Positions 1 to 12,343 of a DNA stretch of 64,000 nucleotides are shown piece after piece (the stretch's first letter is position 1; every line of letters starts with the position of its first letter). The stretch spans positions 12,400,001 through 12,464,000 of the forward strand of contig OU015569.1 of the NCBI GenBank assembly GCA_907165135.1, written 5' to 3'. This DNA is from Oikopleura dioica. Its lineage: Eukaryota > Animalia > Chordata. Under the pieces are notes generated by a model that did no database searches, had not been told where the DNA came from, and saw only the letters and a list, made by a program, of their open reading frames with translations. The translations under genes were made by a program, and so were the position numbers.

Positions 1-351
1 TCTACAAGCTGAAGTTGATTTGTAAACAACTGAAAATAAGATAAACTGATCGAACTAAAATTCTCTAGAAAATTATTTATTCATCTTGGCTTTCGCAAAC
101 TTATGGTTCCTAAAATTCTCCGTTAATAAACAGCAATCTTCCATCTTTCCTTCTATTTATGGGGTGAATGGTATTAATTTAATTTTGAAGGAGGCGTTTT
201 TCAAAAAATGGCAATTTTGAACCAATTTTCGGAATAAAAATCAAAATGAAAAAATCCGCCTTTTATGAATCTTAAATTAGGGCATCAACAGTCGATTTGA
301 CTACAAAAATAAGGGCATCAATTTTTTAATTTCATAAAATAATAAGATGAA

Positions 352-765
352 TTATTCTCTAGTTGACCATGTCGTTATCTCTAGTCGCTGCCAATAAATG
401 AAATAAGATGAATGCTTGAAATTCTCGTTTTTGTGTAAATTTCGAACTTTGCCCGAAATTTCTAAAAAGTCGTCTTTAAAAATATTCGCAGTATCATCAA
501 CAAAACAAAAAAGTAGCTCCTTTCTATTGCCGAGCTTTAGAAAGAAAGTTGAGTGATATCAACGTGACCTGAGCTCGGCAGGTGACCCGCGGGTGACGAT
601 CTTCCGTTCTCCAAAACACTTCCCACAGTCGTTTACCTTTTTCGAGTGTTGTTATTCCCAATTAGCTTTCTTGCTTTGTTTCTTACTTTTTCGATTACCG
701 AGAAGCTCGTTCGCCGGGTTCGTCGCCAGTTGCCAGAACTCACGCGGCCCGGCGCAGTGTACGGT
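352..765 (-). CDS. 3' exons of an unidentified gene (TVHCAGPREFWQLATNPANELL-GKRLWEVFWRTEDRHPRVTCRAQ-LGNRKELL...TTWSTRE*)
   Basis: Three segments join in frame through GT-AG boundaries; no family recognised and 5' exons not located. Confidence 0.35.
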
Positions 766-819
766 CTTTTAAAGAGCTCTAGAGTACTTTTAGGGCATTC
801 GCTAAAAATGAACACAGCA

Positions 820-1068
820 ACACCCTTAATCGATTTCAGCGAAAATAAGCTCTAACCTCTGTCTTATTCTTTTTCTTATTTTGGTTTTAAAAATCGAGAA
901 GCCGCTTGCGGCTTCGAGTCATTCAAAATTAGAGCCGCGCGACGCGCGGCTTTTTATTTGTTTGCTCGAAGCCGCAAGCGGCTTATCGATTTTTAAAACC
1001 AAAATAAGAAAAAGAATAAGACAGAGGTAAGAGCTTATTTTCGCTGAAATCGATTAAGGGTGTCGCTA
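820..1068. mobile_element. Foldback MITE with (G)TGACACCCTTA-type termini and internal AAGCCGCnnGCGGCTT palindromes
   Basis: Near-perfect inverted arms of about 100 bp (acccttaatcgatttcagcgaaaataagctct / agagcttattttcgctgaaatcgattaagggt). Confidence 0.8.
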
Positions 1069-2639
1069 TGTTAAAATTTGGAAAGAAAAATTTGGAATGG
1101 TGTCTGGAACCGACAAAAAATTTCGACAAATTTTGCGTTGGCGGCTACTCGGCTGCTGATTGGCCGATATGCCGAATCCAGGCTTCTGATTGGTTGAAAA
1201 TTTCCACGCAAAATTTGTCGAATTTTTTTTGTCGGTTCCAGACACCTCCCCAAAATTTCAACCTTTTTTCGAATTTTAGTTTTAATTTTTTCGAAAAAAT
1301 TATTTGAACTTTCGCTGTTTCTAGCGACTCTTCAATCGACTGGTTGTTCTTTCTGAACAAATAATTTACAGAAAGCCGTGTTGAGCCGCGTTTAAGATCG
1401 ACAACTCCAAAAAGCAAAAGAAAGAAAAAAGCGAAATCGAAATCGTATTTTAAATGTCGAACACGTTTTTAGATAAACTGGTGCGGGAGCGGTACATTCC
1501 AGCGCCAGAAAAAAAGGTTGAAAAAATTGTTGAAATGTGAAAACCACCCGATAATGTCACGTTAGACTCAGAATGATAAACAGAACGCCCAAGAGCACCT
1601 CAGCCGATTAGAAAGACGCGGATTCTAGAGCCAGGCCTTAGAAGACGCGAGCAACTGGGAAACTGGATCACGGCGGCAAAAGGGAAATGAAAAATTCGCA
1701 AAAGAACCGCTAAGCTACTTTCTCTTTTTGAAAAAAGCGACAATTGGCAATCGCTAAGGGGGTAGACATCATCAACGAGATTTTTGTTAAAAAATTAACA
1801 AAGTAACACCCTTAATCTGGGCTCGGCAACCTGTGTGCAAAACCTGAGTCATGGCCTGAAAAGCATATTTAAGCTCTATCAGGTCCTGACTCAGGCTTTG
1901 TACACAGGTTGCCGAGCCCAGATTAAGGGTATTACTTCGTTAATTCTTGAGGAAAATTGTGGTTGATGATTTCTCCGCCCATAACCCTAACCCTTACCCC
2001 GAGAAATAAACATATTTTTGGTCAATTATTACTAAAAAATAAATTTTCTTGGATTTGATTTTTCTTAAATAAGGGTGTCACTATGAAAGATTTGGAAAGT
2101 TGCAATCGGATGATAATTTGATTATTTCCTCTCCCCTTAAATGACAAAAAAGCTCTGAGTGTTTCGACTTGCAGGTGCGCGTGATCCGTAACATTCGTCG
2201 TGCTTGTTCGGTTTGTCCTGTCCATGTGGCCTGTGGTTCTTTGCCGAGCGTTGTGGTCGTCCCTTAAGCTTTTTCACGAAGAAGAGACCCTCTTGCATAT
2301 CGCAATCTCCATAACGCTGACCGCATTCTCTGTCCTCCACGCTGCTTTCTAAAATCGACAATCGCAACTTGCCGTTAAACCTTTTTGGACAAATTTTCCA
2401 TTTATTTGGCATCTGATTCGGTTACTTTTTGATTGGACCAGAATCTTCATTTCGCAATAGCAAACAATATTTCTACTAATTTTATTATCTCTAACACTCT
2501 CGCTTTAGAAACAAAGACGAGCTCTGAGTTTCTGCTGGGTCGACCCTTAATCCACTTGTTTCAATTATTTGCAAGCGAGCACTTGAAAGTCCTTCGTTTT
2601 GTCCGGACTTTCCCTCAATCAACATTTTTTTCTTTAGTT

Positions 2640-3565
2640 TTTGTTTGAGAAATATGATCATTAGTTTATTTTCTACCACTATCATTCATAATAGTTGGAA
2701 AGAATCCTCTGGGGATGATAGTTAATGTTTGACAAAGAAAGTTTCTAGACAAAAATATAGGTTCGCGAGTTGATATTTCAGGCTTATGGTCTTTCCAAAT
2801 TCTAGTAATGTTTTTGCGAAAACCTGATTCAGAGGCCTGAAAACCGGATTCGGCGACCTGTGTAGAAAACCTGAGTCAGGGTCTGATCCATGGTTTGATA
2901 AGTGAAAGATCTTTAATAAATAGCCGCGTGAAGAATTAAAAAAGAATTAAGGACCCCCGTCAGCTTTTTTCGAAAAATGGAAATGGATTCTACGTGTCAA
3001 AAAACGATTTTGAGGCTTCATTTTTGGGGGTCTATCTCGACTCTAACACCCTCAAAATCGCGTTTGAAAATTGGACTTTTCGTCGAAAAATGACGAAAAT
3101 GTGCAATTTTTGGTAAAATTTTTGAGTTTTCTTGGTCAAAACTTGCTTATATCAAGATTTTATACTTAATCTAACTTCAAGACGCATTCAGAACAAAAAA
3201 TATGGCATTTTTAAAAATTTTCATTTTTTGAAGAAAAAAGCTGACGGGGGTCCTTAAAAGTAATTTTCATTAAAGATCTTTCACTTATCAAACCATGGAT
3301 CAGACCCTGACTTAGACCCTGACTCAGGTTTTCTACACAGGTTGCCCAGTCCGGTTTTCAGGCCCCTGAATCAGGTTTTCGCAAAAATAATCACTAGAAT
3401 TTGGAAAGACCATAAGTCTGAAATCTCAAGTCGCGAATATGTATTTTTATCTAGAAATTTTCTTTGCCAAACATTTACTATCATCCTTAGTTGATTCTGT
3501 CCAACTGTTATGAGTCTTAGTTGTAGAAAATAAATAAATGATCATATTTTTCAAACAAAAAACGG
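2640..3565. mobile_element. Large foldback element (arms about 280 bp, contain family-A TIR motifs) with a nested TTAA element
   Basis: 2640-2920 is the reverse complement of about 3270-3565. Confidence 0.75.
2951..3253. mobile_element. Kolobok-like non-autonomous element
   Basis: TTAA|GGACCCCCGTCAGCTTTTT ... AAAAAGCTGACGGGGGTCC|TTAA. GG..CC termini with TTAA TSD fit the Kolobok superfamily. Confidence 0.7.
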
Positions 3566-4057
3566 AAGAAAAAAGTTGACTTCAGTCAAGGCAAAGTCAA
3601 CGACCCTGACTCAGGTTTCTGTACAGATTCCTGAGATTAGGCCAAGCTCTCGATCTTTTGGTTTTTTCTATTTTCTTGGTCGGAATCTTGGAATATTCGG
3701 AATTTCGTGAAGCAGCTTCTAATTCTCATGTTGCAGGAAAAAGGAGACGAGTTCGCCGGCGCGCAATTTTTCCCACGTGGGATAAAAGGCGACGTCGCTC
3801 GAGTATGTTGTCAAGCTTTGGGGCTTCAGAGGGATGGTGCTTCCGCCCTACTCGATGGAACACGCCGCCGACTCAGGAAGCGAAGAACTGATGTAAACTC
3901 CCCAGCAAAACCACCCATTACGTATCCGCACGGCAATTAACAAGCACAAACTCTCACCATGTGTTTCCGTTTTTTCCTGAAAAACAGGAGAAAGAAGAAA
4001 GGAGAAAAATCACTTTGAAAATATTCAATAACATAATTTTTAAGTTAAAAATTTTAA

Positions 4058-4167
4058 CCCGTTGCCGAGCGCTTAGCAGTTTCGGTGCTACGACACGCCC
4101 CGAGGCTCGAAATACGGCACACTCATTGGCGTAGAAGGCAAATTTACGCCTACCGCTCGGCAACGGG
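4058..4167. mobile_element. piggyBac-type MITE (110 bp)
   Basis: TTAA|CCCGTTGCCGAGCG ... CGCTCGGCAACGGG|TTAA; sister copy at 34054-34163. Confidence 0.85.
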
Positions 4168-4600
4168 TTAACTTTATTAATTTTCATAAAATCGAGAAGA
4201 GCCGCTTGCGGCTTCAAGAAATTAAAAGAAGCCGCTCGGCTTTTTATCTTTTGACTCGAAGCCGCAAGCCGCTTCTCGATTCTAGTCGTGGGATGAAAGT
4301 GAAAAGAGATCGCTGAGGAAATTTGAATTCAATGTGATGCGTATTGACATTTTTTTACATAAATTTTTTGACATAATTTTAAACCTGATTAATTTTCCTT
4401 CCATGTGAGAAAATAGGAAAAAGCTTAAAGAAAAATTGGACACGTGGGAAAGTGGACGTTTGGGCACGTCCGGTTTGGGCAACATGAGCGTTAGAAAGAA
4501 GTCCGAGTGACACCTTGGACGTTGATTCCATTTACCTTAACACGAGTCAGACTTTGACGAGTTTAGAGCAGGAAGGAAAACGTTTTCTGGAAAGCAGCTA

Positions 4601-4761
4601 CAGTGGGTTGCGCAGGTAGTTGCCCCTTTGCGATTGCCGCTTTGGTTGCCCCTTCGCCCGCGCTTTTTCTATTGTTCCTTTCTAGACTTGTTCAAAGTGA
4701 TTGCAGGATTGGTTGACCCTTCGCCCGCTCTTTAGGGGGCAACTACCTGCGCAACCCACTG
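4601..4761. mobile_element. Tc1/mariner-pogo-type MITE (161 bp)
   Basis: TA|CAGTGGGTTGCGCAGGTAGTTGCCCC ... GGGGCAACTACCTGCGCAACCCACTG|TA; perfect 26-bp TIR with TA TSD. Confidence 0.9.
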
Positions 4762-4884
4762 TACGACAAGCAGATTACATCCGTCGCCCCAATCCCTGGG
4801 AAAAGACTAATTCGAAACACTTTTTCTAAAAAATTTCCAAAAAATTGAAAGTTCATTTTTCGTGTTTCCTAGAAATTCTGATCC

Positions 4885-5260
4885 AACTGAACCAGCTCAA
4901 AACTCAGCTCAGCTCATTTTCAAAATGTTTATTTCGGCTCGATTTGAGCCAGCTTAGCTCAGCAAGATACCTGAGCAACCTGCGGCTTCCAGAAACTAAG
5001 ATTTAGCGCGGCTTTTTCCTTACTTCGCTCGAAGCCGCAAGCGGCTTTTCAATAATTATCTATTTGAGCTGAGCTGGCTCAGATTTAGCCGAAATAACCA
5101 TTTTAAAAATGAGCTGAGCTGAGTTTTGAGCTCAAAAACGCTCTGGAGAGAGGAGTATACGCGAAAAACCGAACCAGCTCAAAACAGATCATTATTAGAA
5201 AAAGAGGCTGAGCTCGCTTTTGGCAACAAGCTGAGGACGTTGATTTTTGTGAAAATTGCA
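4885..5260. repeat. (GCTCA/TGAGC)n pentamer-rich element
   Basis: Clusters of agctcagctc / gagctgagct in inverted arrangement; related tracts at 5990-6060, 35547-35817 and 37365-37405. Confidence 0.6.
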
Positions 5261-5656
5261 GTTTGCTTTAATCCCACTCTCGTAACTCGTTGCCGCAATC
5301 GCTGCTGCGGGTCACCGTCACCTCAAAACAAACTGGAAGCCTGTGTGTTACCCTTAGCAGCTAGAAGGAGCCAGCTCCGACTTCTAAGCTTTCTTAATCG
5401 CTTTCTACCACTCTCTTTTGCACAAGAATCAAGCAGCTTGGCGCCGCATTTGTTGAAACACAAATATTTCACGCGTTAGAAATGCACCAACAATTGCCCA
5501 TCATGCAAAATTTTTCAGCATTGTTGATTTTTGTAGTAGAGATCTTCATTCAAACCTACCTCCGAAAGTTTTCATTGTGATACCCTTATATTTGTATTAA
5601 AAAAAGGATCAAAACTGCATTTCTTTCCTCTGAAAGATTTGATTAAAATAAGCGTA

Positions 5657-5786
5657 GTGACACCCTTATTCTATTTTACGAAAAGAAACTCTTTTAAATG
5701 TTAGTTCATATGTACTGTATATTTACTGTATATATGAACTAACATTTAAAAGAGTATCTTTTCGTGAAATTAAATAAGGGTGTCAC
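5657..5786. mobile_element. Hairpin MITE family C (TIR GTGACACCCTTATT, TA TSD)
   Basis: TA|GTGACACCCTTATT ... AATAAGGGTGTCAC|TA; the motif recurs about 25 times in the window. Confidence 0.85.
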
Positions 5787-6608
5787 TAGAATAATTTTAA
5801 TAGAAGAGAGAAGGGGCATAAGACGGCTTTAATCCTTCTTTTTAATGCAAAAAATAAGGGTGTCACTTTGAAAACTTTCGAAAGTAGGTTTAAATGTAGA
5901 TCTCTACTGATTTACTGTAGTTCATCGGATAGCCAAAATTTCATAAGTTGAATATATTTTTTAACAAACATTTTAATCAAAGATCTCAATGATATTTGAG
6001 CTGGCTCAGCTCAAAAGCAAGAAATTTGAGCCAGCTCACTTTGAGCGAGCTCAGTTTTTAAGAAGAATTTTTAAAAAAATATCAATGGCAACTTTTTTCT
6101 GAATAAAAATGAAAATTTGACTCACGTGGCGTGGCAAAAAGGTCAATGTAGCGTTTCGTTAAGCCAATTTCTAGAGCGGGGCGAAAAAATGCCTCCTCGG
6201 ATTGCGGTTTTGGCAACTGGCTGATCTGTGTTCGGTTGAGTTTCTAAACAGCTCGCCGACTCGTCAATCAAATCAATTTCCTCCTGCATATACGTCCCTA
6301 TTTGGGAAACAACAACTCGCTTCTCGACTTTTGTTTTCCAGCGCCAATTCAATCTTCATCAACGAGACAATTTCTAAATCGCTTTTTTTTTCTTCGTTAA
6401 CTTGCGCCTTGTTTTCCAAAAAATAGAAATAATTGGCGTTGAATGGATTTCACTTATTTGTAAACTGGACTCGGCAAATCTGAGCTGCGTGGAAAACCTG
6501 AGTCAAAAAACCTAAATAAAAACTAATCAAAAACTAATTAAAACATTTTTTATTAAATAAGTGAACATAAAGGCACAGAAAAAGTGAAAATAGATAAAGA
6601 GACAGAGA

Positions 6609-6890
6609 TTAAAATTGTCGTTTTTTTATGATTGGTTTGATTGGGCCTCCGTGGTTGTTGAAGTTGTTGAAGTTATTGGAGTTGTTGATGGGTCGGTTGG
6701 GGGCAGAGAAGGTAAATTTCGACGGAAGCCGTCGAGGGACGAACTCTGGCGTTGGTGAAAACTGCGTGGTGGTGTGTCGTGTGTTGAAGTGATTGTACAG
6801 GTAGTGGGTGAAGGCAGCTGTGAAGACCAATATTCCGAGTGCGAGGAGGACTCCTGGGAGATCAATGATGATGATGATGGGGTCCATCAT
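6609..6890 (-). CDS. Putative small single-pass membrane protein (MMDPIIIIIDLPGVLLALGILVFTAAFTHYL...)
   Basis: Intact ORF with a hydrophobic N-terminal segment and an upstream GT-AG 5'UTR intron; no homology recognised. Confidence 0.35.
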   Translation of the reverse strand: MMDPIIIIIDLPGVLLALGILVFTAAFTHYLYNHFNTRHTTTQFSPTPEFVPRRLPSKFTFSAPNRPINNSNNFNNFNNHGGPIKPIIKKRQF

Positions 6891-7544
6891 TGCGGCATTC
6901 ACCTCCGCACATACGCAGCATTTCTCTGGGATCTAAATTATCCTTTTATTTTAGTATATTGATAAAAGCCTACCTGAGCCGGAAAGGTGAAGCCGACAAT
7001 AGATGACGCCAATAGAAATCTCTGCATTATCGCCAATTTCTTTAATTGCTTTTCAAAACTCTTTTTGATAAATATAATTTAAAAAAAAATTAAAAAGCAT
7101 TCCTGAGACGTCAGAACTAGGCGAATGAATTACCGGTCACTTGAAAATTTTCAACGCGGCATGGCGCAGATGGCAAATTTTCGAAGCAACTTCCATAAAA
7201 GGAAGTTTAGGAAAACGAAATAAATAAACATGAAAACAGGGGTGATGCGGGTTTTTCTGTATTTCCTAAAAAGGAAAAAATGAGTGGCAGGGAATCTCAG
7301 ATGATTGAATGAAAATAAAAAATGCAATTATTCTTCATAGATTAGTTGGCTCAAGATGAATTCTTGACTCCGACTGTATTTAAATTTGTAGTTTTGATTA
7401 TTTATTGAAGTGTAAAGGTTCAAAAAAGCACAGTTAGTGAGCAGATAAGGAAAAACTGAGCTGATTCGTATCATAAGTCGGCTAATAGGAGGGCTTTCCG
7501 TATCCATTGTCAGGGCCTCTATGAAAAATAGTAATAAAAACATT

Positions 7545-7965
7545 AAACGATAAAAATATATTTCCTGAGAAATTACAAAATAGCGCGTTTTGACCCTTCT
7601 TGTTTCAAGCTTTTCGAGTACTATCAGTGCTGAACTATGCTTCATAATATATCAAAAGAAAGCTTGTAGCCTATTCTAGGGGGATTCGAATGGAAAACTG
7701 AAGAAAATAAATTGTGTAACTAACAAATGAAGCCGGAAGTACCCTTTAATCACCGTCAAAGTAAAGTATCTAAATGGTATTAAAATAATTTTTCGGGTCC
7801 GTTATTTCTCTTCTTGAATTCAAATCCCCCTAGAAGAGGCTCTAAGCTTTCTATTGGTATATTATGAAGCATAGTTGAGCACTGATAGTACTCGAAAAGC
7901 TTGAAACAAGAAGGGTCAAAACACGCTTTTTTGTAATTTCTCAGTAAATATATTTTTATCGTCCT
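7545..7965. mobile_element. Foldback element with about 160-bp inverted arms
   Basis: gacccttcttgtttcaagcttttcgagtactatcagtgct... recurs as its reverse complement at about 7860-7925. Confidence 0.75.
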
Positions 7966-9927
7966 TTGGAATGTGACTTACGATTGATAAGATGGAACTG
8001 GGAGGTATTCTGGAGCGCTGCTGCTCTGATAGCTGGAGACTGACGAAGACTGGCTGCGGGAGTACTCGTTGCGGCGCTGGTCCCGCGAGTCTACCATCGC
8101 TCGTGGAGGTCTGTCGTACGGATTTGGGTGTGGGGTCGAGTTCGAGCGCGAGTAAGTTTGAGCTGAGTTGAATTAATAAATCATGCATTCCTAATCGAAC
8201 TGTTACTGGAGCTGTAAGGGTCTCGCGGCGCTCTGGATTCACGAGGAACCGGTTCTTGCACTGGCGATCTGTTCCGGCTTCGGTACATGTTTCTTTCTCT
8301 TTCCATTCGTTCTCTATTCAAAACAACCGTCAGTTGCATTCTTCTAACTTTTAATATCAAACCTCTCTTCAGCAAAGCGCCTTCTCTCCTCGGCCAACTT
8401 CGTAGTTTTTGCGCTCATCGCGGTAAAAAACCTTAATCTCAGGGTCTGCTTTTTGCTGGTCGGGAAGAACTTGGTTATTTTTCTGGAGACTAGAAAATGA
8501 GCGGATGGCGAGGAAGGTCTAATTAGCTGTCGGGCGGTGGTGCTTTCGTGAAGGCGCAGAAAAAGGGTCGAGGTGCTCAAAGGAGGCAGATAAGGCGCGT
8601 ATCACACGCTGCAAGATTTCCTTCCTCTCGTTCCTAAAGATTGATTGACAAAAATAAAACGTGTCATCAATTTTATCATTAATCGGCCAGCGATTTGTTC
8701 CGCCAAGTTAAATTTACTTGAGAATTTTCGAAACTGTCAAGGCAGCATTCTTAGCAAGGCTTGGCAATCTAACTTTAAAACCTGAGTCAGGGTCCTAAAA
8801 GATCATTTCACGTTTTTTCAGGACCCTGACTCAGGTCCTCTACACTGGTTGCCGGGCCCAGATTCAAAGTAACCAAGGTTTCCTTTTTTCTTTGAGCCTA
8901 AAACAACCAGCACTGTCGTTTTTCTTTTTTTTGGTGAGCTAAGACAACAACTCGAGTCTTGAGCCCGTTGCTGAGAACAATAAATCAAAACTCGCTGAGT
9001 CGGAAAGATTCGTCGTTTTTATCAATTTTAACGACATTTTTCTTTTTTCATCGAGCGCCTTTCACAGAGTCGCTGTATCCACGACAAAAACGAAAGAGCT
9101 TATAAGCTTCTTTTTCTTTCCCGGGAGCCGTTTTCTTGACGACCAAGCCTCACTCACACCGAGAGAAAAATAATAAAAATATGACCGTCACTTCCCAACC
9201 ACAAAGTAAGCTCAGAAAAGCGGCAAAAAAATGACAGTGTAACTCAAATGACAGTAATGTACTAAAAGCACAATTACAATATACGAAGATTCTTGTTGCT
9301 AAGTTCGGCATCCTGTGTAGAAAAACTGAGTTCGCGGCTTCGTTTTCAAAAAGCCGCTAAGCGGCTTTTAATTAAACTGGGCTCGGCAACCTGAGTCAGG
9401 GTTCTAAAAAAACTAAATTGAAAAGCCGCGCAGCGGCTTTTTTTAAAACAAAGCCGCATAGCGGCTTCGCCAAAGTTACCAAAATTTTAACTAGCGAAGC
9501 CGCTTTGCAGCTTATTTAAAAAAAGCCGCTACGCATCTTTTCAGTTTACTCTTTTAGAACCCTTACTCAGGTTTTTTACTCAGGTTGCCGAGCCCACCAA
9601 TCAAACGCCTTTTAAGAACCTGACTCAAAATTAATTGGGGATCCCTTTTTTTCATTTTTAGTAGAAAAATTAGTGTCACTGTGTTAACGATGGGGAGAGG
9701 TGACAAGAAGGATCAGTTTTTACGATACTATTCCGACGGTTATTGAGGAAGTAGACTCATAGAGTTGACATTTTTTCGGAAAGTTATTATAGTGACACCC
9801 TTAGCTTGGCTCAGCAACACATGTAGAAACCTGAGTCAGGGATCTGAAAGCGCAGCTTTTTATTGAAGCCAAGACCCTTATTTAATAATTGAAACCTTTT
9901 TGATTTCGTCAAAGGCCGGCATTTTGT

Positions 9928-10361
9928 ATGAGTAATGATATAAAAGAACTTCTGGTCGAATCATTTTTAACGATTTTCTTGAAGGCGGCGACTGGAAATA
10001 CGGCCTCTTCGGCTGCTGCGGCGACGTAAAAACCTGCTGCTTCGTTTACTGCTGCAGTTGTCTTTCTCAAAAGCGAGTTGCCGAGTCTCTGGGCGGCAAT
10101 GGAATGGCCATGTGTCTTCTTCACTTTTGCTTTGCTCCGGTGAGCCATCTTTTTCGACAAAAAAACTGATGGTTTTTCTAGTGCATTACTTTCTTGCATC
10201 GCGGCCAGCTGAGAGCGCGGGACGGAATTGATGGGGGAATGCTCGGGTAAGCGAAAAACACAAATAGAAAAATCAGAATTAAAAATTCTAGTGACATCCT
10301 GGCCGTCTGCTGCTGCACCCTGTGCGCCATGGTCCAGCAAGATCGCCAAGTCAAAGACTAA
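9928..10361 (+). CDS. PLAC8/cornifelin-family Cys-rich protein, 4 exons, about 97 aa
   Basis: Spliced product MSGDWKYGLFGCCGDVKTCCFVYCCSC...LRARDGIDGGMLGDILAVCCCTLCAMVQQDRQVKD* has the W-x-x-GLFxC and CCCxxCAxxQxxR PLAC8 motifs; all introns GT-AG. Confidence 0.88.
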
Positions 10362-11574
10362 AAAGAAAAGATTCTTCAACGATCGAACTTCGAATCAAGA
10401 AGCCTTAAACAGTCATCAGGAACAGTATTAACCCTTAACAATACATTTTTAAAAATACTACTGTAGCTTTTTTCTATTAATAAAAAATGAAAAATATACT
10501 TTTCGCATTGTTCCTGAGTGTCAATTACAAAAGAGAATATATTCCTTTTTTGAACAATTGAAAGTTAAATTTGCCCGGGAAGCAGCATCCGTAGGAGTTG
10601 CCCTTCCCTAGATTTTTCAATAGAAGATCGAATTACTGTTTCAAGCTGAAACTTTCAAGCTATATTTTTAGCTGCAAAAATAAGGGTATCTGTCGGATAA
10701 ATAAATATTCTCGTAATCCGAAATCTACGGCTTCGGCTTAAGGGGGTGGATACCAAGAATCGGGTTTCTTGACAGAGTTTTGTCAAATTTTTAACATGGT
10801 GACCTCCTTATTTTTTCTGCTAAAAATTTACTTCAGGCAATTACCTTTTTCCTATCGAAACAAAAAATTTAGATTTCTTGAGCTTTCGAGGTGCTACAAT
10901 GCAAATCTGGCACCTTTGATTGTCGCCAAAATGACCATTTTAGCAAAGTAAGCGATCTTTGAAGAAAAATTTTGTTAAAAATTTTTTTGAAATTCTAAAT
11001 TTCAGCTTCCTTAGGAAATAGAGAAAGGTCTAAAGTTTTTGTTTCAAAAGTAAAATAAGGGTGTCACTATTTTAATTTTGGGAGAAAAATGTGACAGAAA
11101 ATGGCGATTTTTGATATCTACCTCCTTAATATTTTCGTAGTTTATTTTGAAGTTATGAAATTTCAATGAGTTGTGTTTTTCTTGAGATTTTATTTGGACT
11201 CACGTTGAGCGGAATTGAATCTTGGAAAGTCGGTTTTCTTTTTGGCGAAGTGTATTTTCACAGTTATGAAATGAAAAAAGGGCTTTTCCACTTTGTTATC
11301 TCTGCCCGCCAGGTGTGGCAATAGACTTGTGTATGCAACTTTTACGAAATCGGAGAGCACGTTTTCGCACTGTCAAACTAGCCAGGGAGATAAAGACAAC
11401 TTCTAGCCTGTCTGCTTCTTTTTCTGGAGCCAGAGTCGATTTGGCTATCACCTGGGAAGATAAAATTTGCAATTTGCATTGAACAAACCTTTTCGTTTCT
11501 CAGCAGAAATTCTGACTCAACAAATTTACGAAAGAAAATCATTCGTAGGACGTCAAATGATAGTAAAAAGCAGC

Positions 11575-12085
11575 TTCTCCTGCTCCTGCAACTCAGGCTA
11601 CACTCTTCAATGCGATGGCCACACTTAAGAAGACATAGAAGAGTGCGCTGCTGATATTCGCGGAGACAACGCTAGCTGCGTAAATATTTCTGGTAGCTAC
11701 ATCTGTGACTGTGATAATTTTTACGAGCAAGCTCTGGAGAAAGACTTCTTTCACTGTGTTGATGTCGACGAGTGCGCTTTTGAAGAGGTTTGAGATCATT
11801 TGAATGCGCCGGCTACGAGTATGATTGCGATTGCGATATTAATTGATGGTAAATGCACAGATGGCAGTAAATGCATAGATACCTTCAGTAACCCTTACTA
11901 ACCCGCTGGAGGAGAGCGGCTAATTAGAAAGACTCCATTAACTACAGTAGGCCTTTGATCTCATTTAATAATGCGAAAATTCGACTCTTCTGTTAGATGA
12001 AACAAATTGCATCAACAGTGATGGCGGTTTTGACTGTAAGTGTAAGGCTGGATTTGAGTTAATTGATGGTAAATGCACAGATGGT
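11575..12085 (+). pseudogene. Decayed calcium-binding EGF repeats (fibrillin/fibulin-like fragment)
   Basis: SCSCNSGYTLQCDGHT*EDIEECAA...CVNISGSYICDC...CVDVDECA and NCINSDGGFDCKCKAGFELIDGKC; in-frame stop and an 80-bp local duplication (11840/12060). Confidence 0.7.
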
Positions 12086-12343
12086 AGTAAATGCAAAGAT
12101 ACCCTCAGTAACCCTAACTAACCCGGTGGAGGAGAGCGGCTTCGCCCCCACTTCCATGCCAATTTACGACAATTGGGTAGAATCGACGTGAAATTTTCCA
12201 AATTCTCCAAAAAAGAAAAATAACCTCCGACGATGTCTCAGCACAGATACTTCACTGTACTTCCGAATCGGACTAGGCTCTACTGCAAAATGTAAAAAAA
12301 TGAAAGTAATTTTCACAATTTTTATTTTCACGATCACGTGTTT

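Noticed and set aside
1454-1760. Small plus-strand gene or stop-codon readthrough (MSNTFLDKLV...RRGF*SQALEDAS...)
   Set aside because: In-frame TAG and no recognisable homology; cannot be distinguished from decayed or chance sequence.
3707-3940. FPRGIKGDVARV resembling an endonuclease I motif
   Set aside because: Only a short motif; the following residues and other active-site motifs do not match.
7916-8580. Overlapping minus-strand ORFs as a possible retroelement gag or a gene
   Set aside because: No zinc knuckle, RT or other motif, no LTRs, and no consistent splice model.
9909-10379. 156-aa minus-strand ORF
   Set aside because: Antisense shadow of the spliced PLAC8 gene; no recognisable motif.
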